From assembly GCA_002772995.1 (NCBI GenBank), contig PFCO01000001.1, positions 128,244-192,243 on the forward strand: DNA of 64,000 bases. Reading direction: 5' to 3'. The translations under genes were made by a program, and so were the position numbers. The notes below the pieces were generated by a model. It saw only the letters and a list, made by a program, of their open reading frames with translations, was not told the origin of the DNA and searched no databases. Positions 36,553 through 45,424 of the stretch are shown here, piece by piece; position 1 is the stretch's first letter; each line of letters begins with the position of its first letter. Origin of the DNA: Candidatus Niyogibacteria bacterium CG10_big_fil_rev_8_21_14_0_10_46_36 (GTDB lineage Bacteria; Patescibacteriota; Minisyncoccia; 1-14-0-10-42-19).

Positions 36553-37577
36553 TCTCGAAAATATTCATGACGATACATCGTCATCCTAGGATTAAGCATC
36601 GCTATAGAACCATCGTCTTTTATAGAAAAATACGGCGCCCTCCCTCCAATGACATCATTTGTGTCCAGTCGCGATAATAACAGCGGATGAGAAAGAGCTT
36701 TATTAAAGCTCCGCTCCATCGTAAAGCCGAGCTGAAACCCAAGCGACTCCCCTATGTTAGGAATTGATGCGGGGATTACCTCGGCATTGCCGTACGGGTA
36801 TGAGACACTTGATAGACGGAAAGGATGTTCTTGTATCACCGATGAAAGCGCTTCAACGCACAAATCAAATTCTTTCCTTATAACCCCCTCATCGATTGAT
36901 GAGAGAGCCGGATGTGAATATGTATGAATGCCCAGCATCCCGCGTTTATATAATTGCCGAAGCTGTTCAGGAGACATATAAAACTCTTTTACAAAATCCT
37001 TCTCATTCTGCACCAACTCCAAAAATATTCTATCCACTATGCGCTCCCGGATGTCAGCGGATATAAATCCTTTATTAAGCGCAAACTTTAAACGCGCAAC
37101 ATACGGATCATCATAATAGTAGTGCTTCCGAAGCTCCTCCTCGCTTACGCTCAATTGAGAAAGATCAAGTATATCGCCGGTTATATCCCGAAAATAATCC
37201 TGCACCTTCTGCCAAAATGTTTCCGGAGGCATATGAGCCCGCGCCCAATGTATTTTATGGATAGAAATCGCTTTTTGTTCCCCGTATGGAAGCCCATTTA
37301 CAAAAAAAACTGCGGGGATGCCGAGTTTGTCCAGTATTGGCAGCGCCCGTTCGTATTGGTTCTGCATTCCGTCATCAAAAGTTACGATACAAGCACGCTC
37401 GGGGAGTGCTGCCTCTCCCGCAATTACTTTAAGCAAATCCCGCTCCCCCATAAAAGAAAAATGCCTCTCCAGCAATTCTAACTGGGATGTAAGGTGCGCA
37501 GGCGAAGTTGCGTAAATCCCCGGATACGGATATTCGTTCTCTTCACCAATATAGTGATAATTGACGCCCAACAGCAT
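36549..37577 (-). CDS. Polysaccharide deacetylase (CE4/NodB homology domain).
   Basis: ACIVTFDDGMQNQYERALPILDKLGIPAVFFVNG carries the TFDDG motif 1 with a catalytic Asp and a metal-binding Asp. Length is 342 aa. Confidence 0.7.
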   Translation of the reverse strand: MLLGVNYHYIGEENEYPYPGIYATSPAHLTSQLELLERHFSFMGERDLLKVIAGEAALPERACIVTFDDGMQNQYERALPILDKLGIPAVFFVNGLPYGEQKAISIHKIHWARAHMPPETFWQKVQDYFRDITGDILDLSQLSVSEEELRKHYYYDDPYVARLKFALNKGFISADIRERIVDRIFLELVQNEKDFVKEFYMSPEQLRQLYKRGMLGIHTYSHPALSSIDEGVIRKEFDLCVEALSSVIQEHPFRLSSVSYPYGNAEVIPASIPNIGESLGFQLGFTMERSFNKALSHPLLLSRLDTNDVIGGRAPYFSIKDDGSIAMLNPRMTMYRHEYFRE

Positions 37578-37579
37578 AT

Positions 37580-38926
37580 TTATTGTTTCTCTGTGAGTGC
37601 TGCGATGCGCTCGATAAGATTAATGTTTCTTTCGTAGCTTTTCCCATCGTGGTGCGGGATAAACTCTCGGAGTAATGTTTGGCGTTTTGTCTCGTGAAGC
37701 GCAGGATTGTCTAGATACGCATTAATAGCGCCCGCAAGCTCTTCATCTGTTTTCGCAAGCACCGCCGCACCATGCCGAAGCACTGGTTCGTAATGGCGCT
37801 CCTTATACATCATCCCATATACATCATCAAATGTAATATTTACAACAGGGGTATGAAAAATACAGCACTCAATCGTAACCGTAGAGCGATGGTTCACATT
37901 AACATCCGCATACATAAGCGTGTGTTTTAAATTCAGAAGATCTTCTTTTGTCATCTCGGTGTATTTTTTCCCGTTCGTATTGGAAATTTCGGCTCCCGCC
38001 TTTTCCATGTACACCCGTTCTGTATTAGCGAATGCACTATAGGTTTCTATAAGATCGCGCGGGTGGACCCGAAAGAATATATTTGGCGATCCTTTTATTT
38101 TTCCTGAATCCCGGAGCGCAATAATCCGCCCGAGCAATTCCACTTGAAACGGATACGCCTTGGTAACGCTCGTAATAAGAATGGTCTTTTTGTGGGGATC
38201 AAGCCCCTTGCTCCGTAAAAAATCTTCACGCCCCACCAAAGGAATAGAACTATCAAAGTAATAGTCAAAACGGATAGGCCCTCCAATAAAAACATGGTCG
38301 GGCGTGTAGCGGTGAATAGAAAGCGCATCATCATACTGCATTTGGTTCCAACAAATCAAATAATCTGTTTTTCTTGTATGTCCAAAATTCGTTGTAAGGT
38401 TATCCCAACTGAAATTCATAGCAACCGTAGGGATATTGAATTTTCGCGCCTGGATAACTGCCTGCGCTTCAAACGGCTTAAGGCCGGGAGTGGGCATTAA
38501 GACCAAACTTGGCTTATACGCCTGTACAGCACGCTCAAACTCGGGCATTTTTTTGGTCAGTATGCCCTCAATAAAAGTAAATGTGTCGTTGCGGATAATG
38601 CCTTTGTGTATGAACTTGGCAATAAAACGGAGCCTTTTGCGGTGGGGAAAATCGATGCGTAGCCGGTTTACCAAGGGCTCATACCACGATTCGTTTTCGC
38701 GATTGAGCGTTAAGCGCAGTTCTTTCATCCGATTCCAAAAACGAAGATCCGCAATAGGCATCTTCTCATATGTCACATTTTTTATCACAGGATATATATT
38801 GGTTGAGAGCGTATCGGGCAAAAAGACAATAACCCGGAACGTACGCGCAAGGTGATGGATGTATTCCGTCCGTAACAGATCGGAGGTGTGAACGGTGTTT
38901 GAAATAAAAAGAAAAACAGTCTTCAT
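37580..38926 (-). CDS. GT-B-like surface carbohydrate biosynthesis protein, paralog 3 of 4.
   Basis: NFSWDNLTTNFG motif and C-terminal ADVNVNHRSTVTIECCIFHTPVV. Length is 448 aa. Confidence 0.45.
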   Translation of the reverse strand: MKTVFLFISNTVHTSDLLRTEYIHHLARTFRVIVFLPDTLSTNIYPVIKNVTYEKMPIADLRFWNRMKELRLTLNRENESWYEPLVNRLRIDFPHRKRLRFIAKFIHKGIIRNDTFTFIEGILTKKMPEFERAVQAYKPSLVLMPTPGLKPFEAQAVIQARKFNIPTVAMNFSWDNLTTNFGHTRKTDYLICWNQMQYDDALSIHRYTPDHVFIGGPIRFDYYFDSSIPLVGREDFLRSKGLDPHKKTILITSVTKAYPFQVELLGRIIALRDSGKIKGSPNIFFRVHPRDLIETYSAFANTERVYMEKAGAEISNTNGKKYTEMTKEDLLNLKHTLMYADVNVNHRSTVTIECCIFHTPVVNITFDDVYGMMYKERHYEPVLRHGAAVLAKTDEELAGAINAYLDNPALHETKRQTLLREFIPHHDGKSYERNINLIERIAALTEKQ

Positions 38927-39039
38927 ACGAAGATAATGCTTTACAATAAACCATTTTTGGCGTTTTTGTCAAAATTGACGGATTAGCAAATTTGTATAAA
39001 AATAATAATACAAAACCTCTGTTATTGTAACGAAATTGC

Positions 39040-40773
39040 ATGAATAAACGCATACAATCTATCCTTCTCCACCCCCACCATACGATCAAAGATGCAATGA
39101 AAAAAATGGAGGAAGGAAAAAAAATCGGACCCTCAGCCCCCTGGGGTATTTGTCTTATTGTCGACGAAAAAAAGAAGCTCAAAGGCGTAGTGACTGACGG
39201 TGATATACGCCAGGCATTGCTCGCCGGACACACGCTCTCCACGCCAGTCTCGTCCATCATGACCAAAAATCCCCTTACCGTAAAAAGCGCGTCTCTTCCG
39301 AAAGATATGCTTATAGACCTTCACCACGAATTTAAAAATAGGAACGCAACAGAAAACAAATATCATCAAATAGTTATCGTGCATGAAAATGGCGCCGTTG
39401 AAGACGTGGTAACACCGTTTGAATTATGGCGACGGAGTGAACTCAAAACAAAAAATGTCGCCATCATAGGGCTTGGGTATGTCGGCCTCACTCTCGGGCT
39501 TAGTTTTGCGGATCTCGGCATTAAGGTGTTTGGTATTGATACAAGCGCGCATGTTGTAAAGCAATTAACAAAAGGGGTTCCTCATTTTTATGAGAAAGGC
39601 CTTGATGCGCTCCTCAAAAAACACATCAATAAGAATCTGTTTGTTAAAAAAACGCTCTCAAAAAATGAAAGCGACATCTATATTATTTGCGTTGGAACTG
39701 CAACTGATGAAAAAAATAATATGATATCGTCATACATTAAAAACGCGGCTCACGCAGTGGGGAAAGCGCTCAAAGCCCACGACCTGATTGTTCTCCGTTC
39801 AACCGTTGTCGTAGGAACGACGCGCGATATTGTGGTCCCCATTCTTGAAAAAGAATCGGGATTAAAAGCGGGACGCGATTTTTTCATCGCGTTCGCTCCG
39901 GAACGCACCGCCCAAGGAAAAGCACTTGAAGAACTTCGTACACTTCCGCAAGTCATTGGCGGGCTCAACAAACAAAGCCTTGATTATACCGCTCAACTCT
40001 TCCAACCTCTTACAAATACCATTATCAGCGTATCCAGTATGGAAGCGGCAGAAACGGTAAAGCTGCTTAATAACACATTCCGCGATATCAGCTTCTCGTT
40101 CTCAAATGAAGTAGCGCAGATATGCGACCGCATGAACTTGAACACGATGGAAATTATCCGTGCAGCAAATGAGGGCTACCCCCGGAACCCAATTCCTTAC
40201 CCAAGCCCCGGAGTGGGAGGCTCATGCCTGGTCAAAGACCCGTACATTTTTGCAGAATCAGCAAAAAAAGTGAACTACAAAGCCCAGCTTCCGCTCGTCT
40301 CCAGAGCGATAAATCAACATATGGTTGATTTTGTCCACGAGAAAGTGCACGCGTTCTGCAAGCGAAATAAAAAATCTGCGAAACATGCAAAAATATTTAT
40401 TGTGGGAATGGCATTTAAAGGAAGCCCGGAAACATCCGACATCCGTAACTCCACCGCGGTAGATATTACAAAAAAGCTTCAGCGTACATATAAAAATATT
40501 GTAGCGTATGATCCGGTGGCAACATCATACGACCTAAAAAAACTGGGAATAAAAATAGCACCCTCCCTTGCCGCAGGATTTAAAAATGCGGATTGTGTTC
40601 TTTTGCTTAATAATCACCACTCATATAAAAATATAGATATCCATAAAGCGACGCAGGCAATGAACACACCAAGCCTTCTTTTAGACGGCTGGAGTGTATT
40701 TGCGCCGCAGGATTTTGCCCACTTTGACCATATTACCTACGATGGCTTGGGAGTGGGACAACTGCCGCAGTAA
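39040..40773 (+). CDS. Fusion of a tandem CBS-domain N-terminus with a UDP-glucose/GDP-mannose/UDP-ManNAc dehydrogenase family nucleotide-sugar dehydrogenase.
   Basis: Residues 1-150 read IKDAMKKM...GVVTDGDIRQAL...SIMTKNPLTV..., a CBS pair. Then VAIIGLGYVGLTLGLSFADLGIKVFGID gives the NAD-binding motif, and the catalytic region GGSCLVKD matches GGxCxxKD of UGDH. Length is 577 aa. Confidence 0.8.
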   Translation: MNKRIQSILLHPHHTIKDAMKKMEEGKKIGPSAPWGICLIVDEKKKLKGVVTDGDIRQALLAGHTLSTPVSSIMTKNPLTVKSASLPKDMLIDLHHEFKNRNATENKYHQIVIVHENGAVEDVVTPFELWRRSELKTKNVAIIGLGYVGLTLGLSFADLGIKVFGIDTSAHVVKQLTKGVPHFYEKGLDALLKKHINKNLFVKKTLSKNESDIYIICVGTATDEKNNMISSYIKNAAHAVGKALKAHDLIVLRSTVVVGTTRDIVVPILEKESGLKAGRDFFIAFAPERTAQGKALEELRTLPQVIGGLNKQSLDYTAQLFQPLTNTIISVSSMEAAETVKLLNNTFRDISFSFSNEVAQICDRMNLNTMEIIRAANEGYPRNPIPYPSPGVGGSCLVKDPYIFAESAKKVNYKAQLPLVSRAINQHMVDFVHEKVHAFCKRNKKSAKHAKIFIVGMAFKGSPETSDIRNSTAVDITKKLQRTYKNIVAYDPVATSYDLKKLGIKIAPSLAAGFKNADCVLLLNNHHSYKNIDIHKATQAMNTPSLLLDGWSVFAPQDFAHFDHITYDGLGVGQLPQ

Positions 40774-40779
40774 TAATAT

Positions 40780-41916
40780 ATGGCGCCTCATTCATACATC
40801 ATCACCAACTTTGCATATGGCACGGGCCCTTATGTGCGCACCACGGAACTCGCACTCGCGGTAAACGACGAACTGGAGCGCCTTGGGCATCCGCGTTCTT
40901 CTATTGTCGTCCCCCTTATCTATGGAGAAAAACAAAAACGCATTATGCAGGAAGAGTTTTCTTTGCTCTTTGCCAAGCACCCAAAAGAGATAATTCTTGA
41001 TGAAACATTCGGCTCGCATCTCAAAAAAACTTTTTATATCGGCACCGATACATACGAAACGCATCTAAACGCGTGGGCAAAAAATGCTGAAGACGCATCA
41101 AAAAAGCTAGAGAAACACATACAAGATACATACGGCAACCGTATTGCAATGATTTTGCAACGCTCCCCAAGGGTCCGTATCAATATCGCTCCCTCGTACT
41201 TTGCCTCATTCGGTTACCTGTCAGATATTTATGAGCGCTCCATAGATAATACCGATATAGCAATACGCAAAGAAACGCTTCTTCATGCCGCCGAATATGC
41301 GTCCTCCATTGAAAAAGAGCACTTGATGCACATTATCTCAACGCCCGGAACATTTTCATGGAAACACTATTCAAAAAAATACGCTGACGAAATTCTTTCT
41401 CCCCCATTGATATCGCCTTATACACATACCGAAGCGCCCGTTGAAAAAGGCATATTCGTGAATGTTACAGGCATCCCAGGCCTTGCAGGACTCTACAAGG
41501 CTGCGTTAGAGATGGAGACCCACATCTATACGAATGACACAACGACGCTCCCCCAAGGAACAAAAACTCCGTCTTCCGTTATGTTTAGCGGGAACATACT
41601 ATTCCAATTTGCGCGCACGGGCTGGAGCTCGGTATGGCTCTCCCACCTTTCCGGCACCCCGTTGGTGTATCCGCAATGGAAACACACAGACGATCCCGAA
41701 ATATACTTTAATAATATATGCGTCAAAACATTGGGGTTGGGAATCCCATACGAAGGCCAGCATATCGATTCCCTTATTAAAACTACTGAAACGCTTCGTG
41801 CTACAATAAAATCGTACAACGCAAAGATTTTGGACACATTCGGAACAACAAACGGCACACACTATGCTGCAAAAAAAATAGCGGAACATTTTGCAAAAAA
41901 TCACTTATCACTATGA
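40780..41916 (+). CDS. Hypothetical protein, possibly a divergent GT-B fold glycosyltransferase/2-epimerase-like.
   Basis: The 378-aa protein has an N-terminal IITNFAYGTGPYVRTTELALAV and a C-terminal ARTGWSSVWLSHLSGTPLVYP arrangement, reminiscent of GT-B nucleotide-binding halves. No definitive motif was found. Confidence 0.3.
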   Translation: MAPHSYIITNFAYGTGPYVRTTELALAVNDELERLGHPRSSIVVPLIYGEKQKRIMQEEFSLLFAKHPKEIILDETFGSHLKKTFYIGTDTYETHLNAWAKNAEDASKKLEKHIQDTYGNRIAMILQRSPRVRINIAPSYFASFGYLSDIYERSIDNTDIAIRKETLLHAAEYASSIEKEHLMHIISTPGTFSWKHYSKKYADEILSPPLISPYTHTEAPVEKGIFVNVTGIPGLAGLYKAALEMETHIYTNDTTTLPQGTKTPSSVMFSGNILFQFARTGWSSVWLSHLSGTPLVYPQWKHTDDPEIYFNNICVKTLGLGIPYEGQHIDSLIKTTETLRATIKSYNAKILDTFGTTNGTHYAAKKIAEHFAKNHLSL

Positions 41917-42629
41917 GAAAAAAGAAATACGCCATTCTCGCCGTAATCCCGGCCCGAGGTGGATCAAAATCCATACCCCGGAAAAACATAAAACCCCTTG
42001 CGGGAAAACCATTACTCACCTATTCCATAACGGAAGCGCTGAAAAGCAAATTACTTACAAGAGTAGTTGTTTCCTCTGAGGATAAGCGCATCATCCGCAC
42101 AGCAAAGAGATACGGAGCTGAAGCGCCATTTGTCCGCCCAAAAGCACTCGCAACAGACACCGCCCTTGCCGTGCCTACCATCCAGCATGCTGTACGAGAA
42201 ATGGAACGCCAAGAAAACACAACATACGATTATGTTGTTATGCTTCAGCCGACCACTCCGCTTCGCACCACCCGCCATATTGATGCTTGTCTCCTGCAGC
42301 TCATCCGCACGAAAGCTGATTCGGTCATAAGCGTTGTCCGCGTATGGGACAAGCACCCCTACCGCATGAAAACAATAAAGCGCGGGCGGCTCGTAGACTT
42401 TGGGAAAGAAACAAAAGAGAATATGCCCCGCCAAAGCCTTCCTCCGGTGTACTTGAGAAACGGGGCGATATACGCATGCAAAAGAAATGTACTGATGCGG
42501 CAAAACAGTTTTAAGGGAAAAGATTCCCGCCCCTACATCATGACAGAAGAAGAGTCGGTGAATATAGATAGCGTTTTAGATTTTCAGATTGCCGAACTTC
42601 TGATAAAAAATCGACGAAGCAAGCGTTAA
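41913..42629 (+). CDS. Second CMP-sugar cytidylyltransferase (NeuA/KdsB family).
   Basis: AVIPARGGSKSIPRKNIKPLAGKPLLTYSI. Length is 238 aa. It shares the KNIKPLAGKPL core with the 32432..33163 gene. Confidence 0.8.
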   Translation: MRKKKYAILAVIPARGGSKSIPRKNIKPLAGKPLLTYSITEALKSKLLTRVVVSSEDKRIIRTAKRYGAEAPFVRPKALATDTALAVPTIQHAVREMERQENTTYDYVVMLQPTTPLRTTRHIDACLLQLIRTKADSVISVVRVWDKHPYRMKTIKRGRLVDFGKETKENMPRQSLPPVYLRNGAIYACKRNVLMRQNSFKGKDSRPYIMTEEESVNIDSVLDFQIAELLIKNRRSKR

Positions 42630-43408
42630 AATATTTCTTTCCCGAACAGCGTAAGCACCTTTCGCAATATAGAAAATATACGGCTCTCATAACGATATGT
42701 GTACTCCGGAATAACATCCCCCCCGAATGATTGTTTGAATTGAGCAATCCCCTTTTTTGCGTTTTGAGAAAAATTAATCCCTCCCAAATCAATCGTCGTG
42801 TATCCTTTTTCTTTGCCGTACATACATATCTCCCACACAAGACGGCGGGTAGCATACCCAATGATGCGCGGATCCATGTCTTCGTCTTTGCGCAAAGACG
42901 CTATCGTCTTGAAACGCAGAATGCCATCAGCACGATACGAAGCAATGGATACAATCATTTTTCCCTTCCAATAGGCATTTGACAGCAGGCATTGGCTAAA
43001 CTCCCGTTTAAGGGAAAGAAGCGCGCCATCAACAGTCTTTGCGTGAGCATACACGGCATATGACTCGCGGCGGTTGGTGTCATCTACCCTAAATGTGAGT
43101 TCCGGAATGTGCTCGCTTTTCCGTATCTCATTGCGCGTATTTTTTTTGAACCGGGCAAGAATAGCATCGGGGGCATCTGTAAGCGGAATGACTGCTGTAT
43201 GCTTTTCGGTACGCGTACAGCCTCGGGGTGCTGCGCATTTTACATACGAAACAAGATATATGTAGTGATGTTTCTTTTGCAGAGACGCGAGCTCACCCGC
43301 AGTAACCGTATGCATCACAGTACGGATATACGGGAGACCACAAAGAGAAAAGTGAGGCAATAATTCTAGGAGCCTTTGTTTATGCTGTTGCTCGTCTATT
43401 TGTTGCAT
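42626..43408 (-). CDS. FemAB-like / GNAT-fold acyl(aminoacyl)transferase (Acetyltransf_6-type).
   Basis: The 260-aa protein has the C-terminal region GYTTIDLGGINFSQNAKKGIAQFKQSFGG, resembling FemAB/BioF2-like acetyltransferase domains. Family-level call only. Confidence 0.4.
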   Translation of the reverse strand: MQQIDEQQHKQRLLELLPHFSLCGLPYIRTVMHTVTAGELASLQKKHHYIYLVSYVKCAAPRGCTRTEKHTAVIPLTDAPDAILARFKKNTRNEIRKSEHIPELTFRVDDTNRRESYAVYAHAKTVDGALLSLKREFSQCLLSNAYWKGKMIVSIASYRADGILRFKTIASLRKDEDMDPRIIGYATRRLVWEICMYGKEKGYTTIDLGGINFSQNAKKGIAQFKQSFGGDVIPEYTYRYESRIFSILRKVLTLFGKEIF

Positions 43409-44061
43409 GCAATAACGTAATGAAAATCGCGCGTTTTGAATAAATAGGTATCGTAGTGCCCTATCTTAATATCGGAAAACTGCCCATATATGTTTCGTAT
43501 CTCGTCTTCGCTATCAAAACAATACAAAATAGCGTCTTGTTGCGAAGGTGTGCGCGAAGGCCGGTATAAAGACGGGGCTATCTCTTCTGCGCATAAATTA
43601 TGCTTTGTAGATACCATGGATGATAAAAATTGCCCGCCCGATTTCAATACGCGAAACACCTCGGCAAGCGACTCGGTGAGCGTTTCGCGTGAGTTGTAAT
43701 ACAATGACTGCCATGCAACCACCACATCAAATGTATTGTCATCAAACGGGAGTCTGGGAGAATCAACCCGTTTAAACTCCGCATTAAACCCAGATTTTGC
43801 CAGAAGCTCTTTTGCGTGCGCGATCCGGTTTTCCGCAAGTTCAACGCCAGAACACATAAACCCCTCCTTTGCAAAATGTAAAAGATCCTGACCTTCGCCA
43901 AACCCAATAGAAAGAAGTTTTTTGCCCTTACCGTCAGGAAATAAAGCTTTTTGCGCCTTTATGAGATGTATGTCCGGATGCATGCCATGTATGGCCATAT
44001 GTTCCCATGTTTCGGCATTTCGCTTATAAATATTTTTTTCTGAAAATGACATACTAGGCAT
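43396..44061 (-). CDS. Class I SAM-dependent methyltransferase.
   Basis: KKLLSIGFGEGQDLLHFAKEGFMCSGVELAENRIAHAKE is motif I plus an acidic beta-2 end. FDVVVAWQSLYY is motif II/III. Confidence 0.65.
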   Translation of the reverse strand: MPSMSFSEKNIYKRNAETWEHMAIHGMHPDIHLIKAQKALFPDGKGKKLLSIGFGEGQDLLHFAKEGFMCSGVELAENRIAHAKELLAKSGFNAEFKRVDSPRLPFDDNTFDVVVAWQSLYYNSRETLTESLAEVFRVLKSGGQFLSSMVSTKHNLCAEEIAPSLYRPSRTPSQQDAILYCFDSEDEIRNIYGQFSDIKIGHYDTYLFKTRDFHYVIACNK

Positions 44062-45424
44062 TCTGAAGAATAAAATTGGCTAATCGTTCTGATGACCTTC
44101 CGTCTATCTTGTAACACATCTTGTCCACGAGATCCTTGCGAAGCTCTCTATCCTGCCCCGGGTCATCCAGATATGCCCTTATCTGCGCGAATAACTCGGG
44201 GAATGATTTAATCACCTTTACACTCCCTGTATCAAGCACATGGCGAAAATGCGCAAGATCTTCCCAACGCCTTACAGACTGGTGATACGGCCGTTTTTTA
44301 TACCCGTCAAATCCTATTGTAAGCACAGGCTTATCAAATATTGCCGCCTCTATTGCAGTCGTTGAAAAAAGGGAAATAACTACGTCTGCGTGGTACATCA
44401 TATTCACATAGTGCAAAAAATTATCCATGCTATTTGTATTGTCTATCCAATTTATGAAAACATTCTGATCTTGCTCGAATTGCAGATACTTTGCCTTTTC
44501 GCTTGTTTGCGGATACGGACGCAGCAATAGCCGCACAGAAGGTCCAAAAAAACCTTTCGATATCTGGTTGGAGATTGCTTGCAAAATATCCGGCTCGTCA
44601 GCCGCATATACGCTTCCCGATACAAAAAGGATGACTTTGCTGTCTCCCGGCATGCCCATCTTCTTTAAGAATTCATCTCGCTGTATTACATGGCGCTCAA
44701 TACCGTAATAATTATCCCATTGCGGAAAGCCAACCACATCAACCTCCGAAGACTTGTACCCCTCATATTTGACTGCTTCTTTTTTCATTGGCTCGTTCTG
44801 CACCGCAAGAACATCCGTTTGCACGGGTACAAAATATTTATTGAAATGGTCCCACTTTGAAGGCATCCCCGCTGTTTTTATATTCCGGCGTTTTGCTTCG
44901 GCCGCTATTTCTATATCGGGGAAATGCGCGATATCAGAGCAAAACACAAGATCAGGATTATGCGTATCAAATAATGCTTTATACGGTCGCTCAGTAAAAA
45001 TCTTTTGATAGAGCCACGGAACTACATTCCGTTTTATTATGTTAAATTTTCCAAAGGTATGCGCTATAACCCATTTTATAACCCATAAGTGTCTGTTCCC
45101 TCCGGCGGGAGGCGCATCCAGCCGGTCGCCAACAGTAGCAAGCAATTTCGTAGTGCCAGTAAATACCAGATATGAATAGAAAAAATGAAACGCGCGCTCA
45201 AGCCGCGTTTTGGGACGAAAATAAGATATATTCTCTATCACTACATGCGGCATATTTTTTAATTCTTCCGCAGAAAAAAATTCGGGCAATACTTGAGAGC
45301 GCCGCAGTATGACAATATTATGGTCTCCACGCAAAACAAGTTTCCGGACAACACTGTCCGGAGGCAAAAAAAGGTTTCGGAATACGTGCACATCGTACAC
45401 ACTGAAAAAAATTGTTTTTTTCAT
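44054..45424 (-). CDS. GT-B-like surface carbohydrate biosynthesis protein, paralog 4 of 4.
   Basis: PSKWDHFNKYFVP is the degenerate form of the shared motif. The C-terminus reads ADVVISLFSTTAIEAAIFDKPVLTIGFDGY. The start is moved to the MKKTIFF ATG (45424) so that it overlaps the GT4 gene by ATGA. Confidence 0.4.
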   Translation of the reverse strand: MKKTIFFSVYDVHVFRNLFLPPDSVVRKLVLRGDHNIVILRRSQVLPEFFSAEELKNMPHVVIENISYFRPKTRLERAFHFFYSYLVFTGTTKLLATVGDRLDAPPAGGNRHLWVIKWVIAHTFGKFNIIKRNVVPWLYQKIFTERPYKALFDTHNPDLVFCSDIAHFPDIEIAAEAKRRNIKTAGMPSKWDHFNKYFVPVQTDVLAVQNEPMKKEAVKYEGYKSSEVDVVGFPQWDNYYGIERHVIQRDEFLKKMGMPGDSKVILFVSGSVYAADEPDILQAISNQISKGFFGPSVRLLLRPYPQTSEKAKYLQFEQDQNVFINWIDNTNSMDNFLHYVNMMYHADVVISLFSTTAIEAAIFDKPVLTIGFDGYKKRPYHQSVRRWEDLAHFRHVLDTGSVKVIKSFPELFAQIRAYLDDPGQDRELRKDLVDKMCYKIDGRSSERLANFILQNA

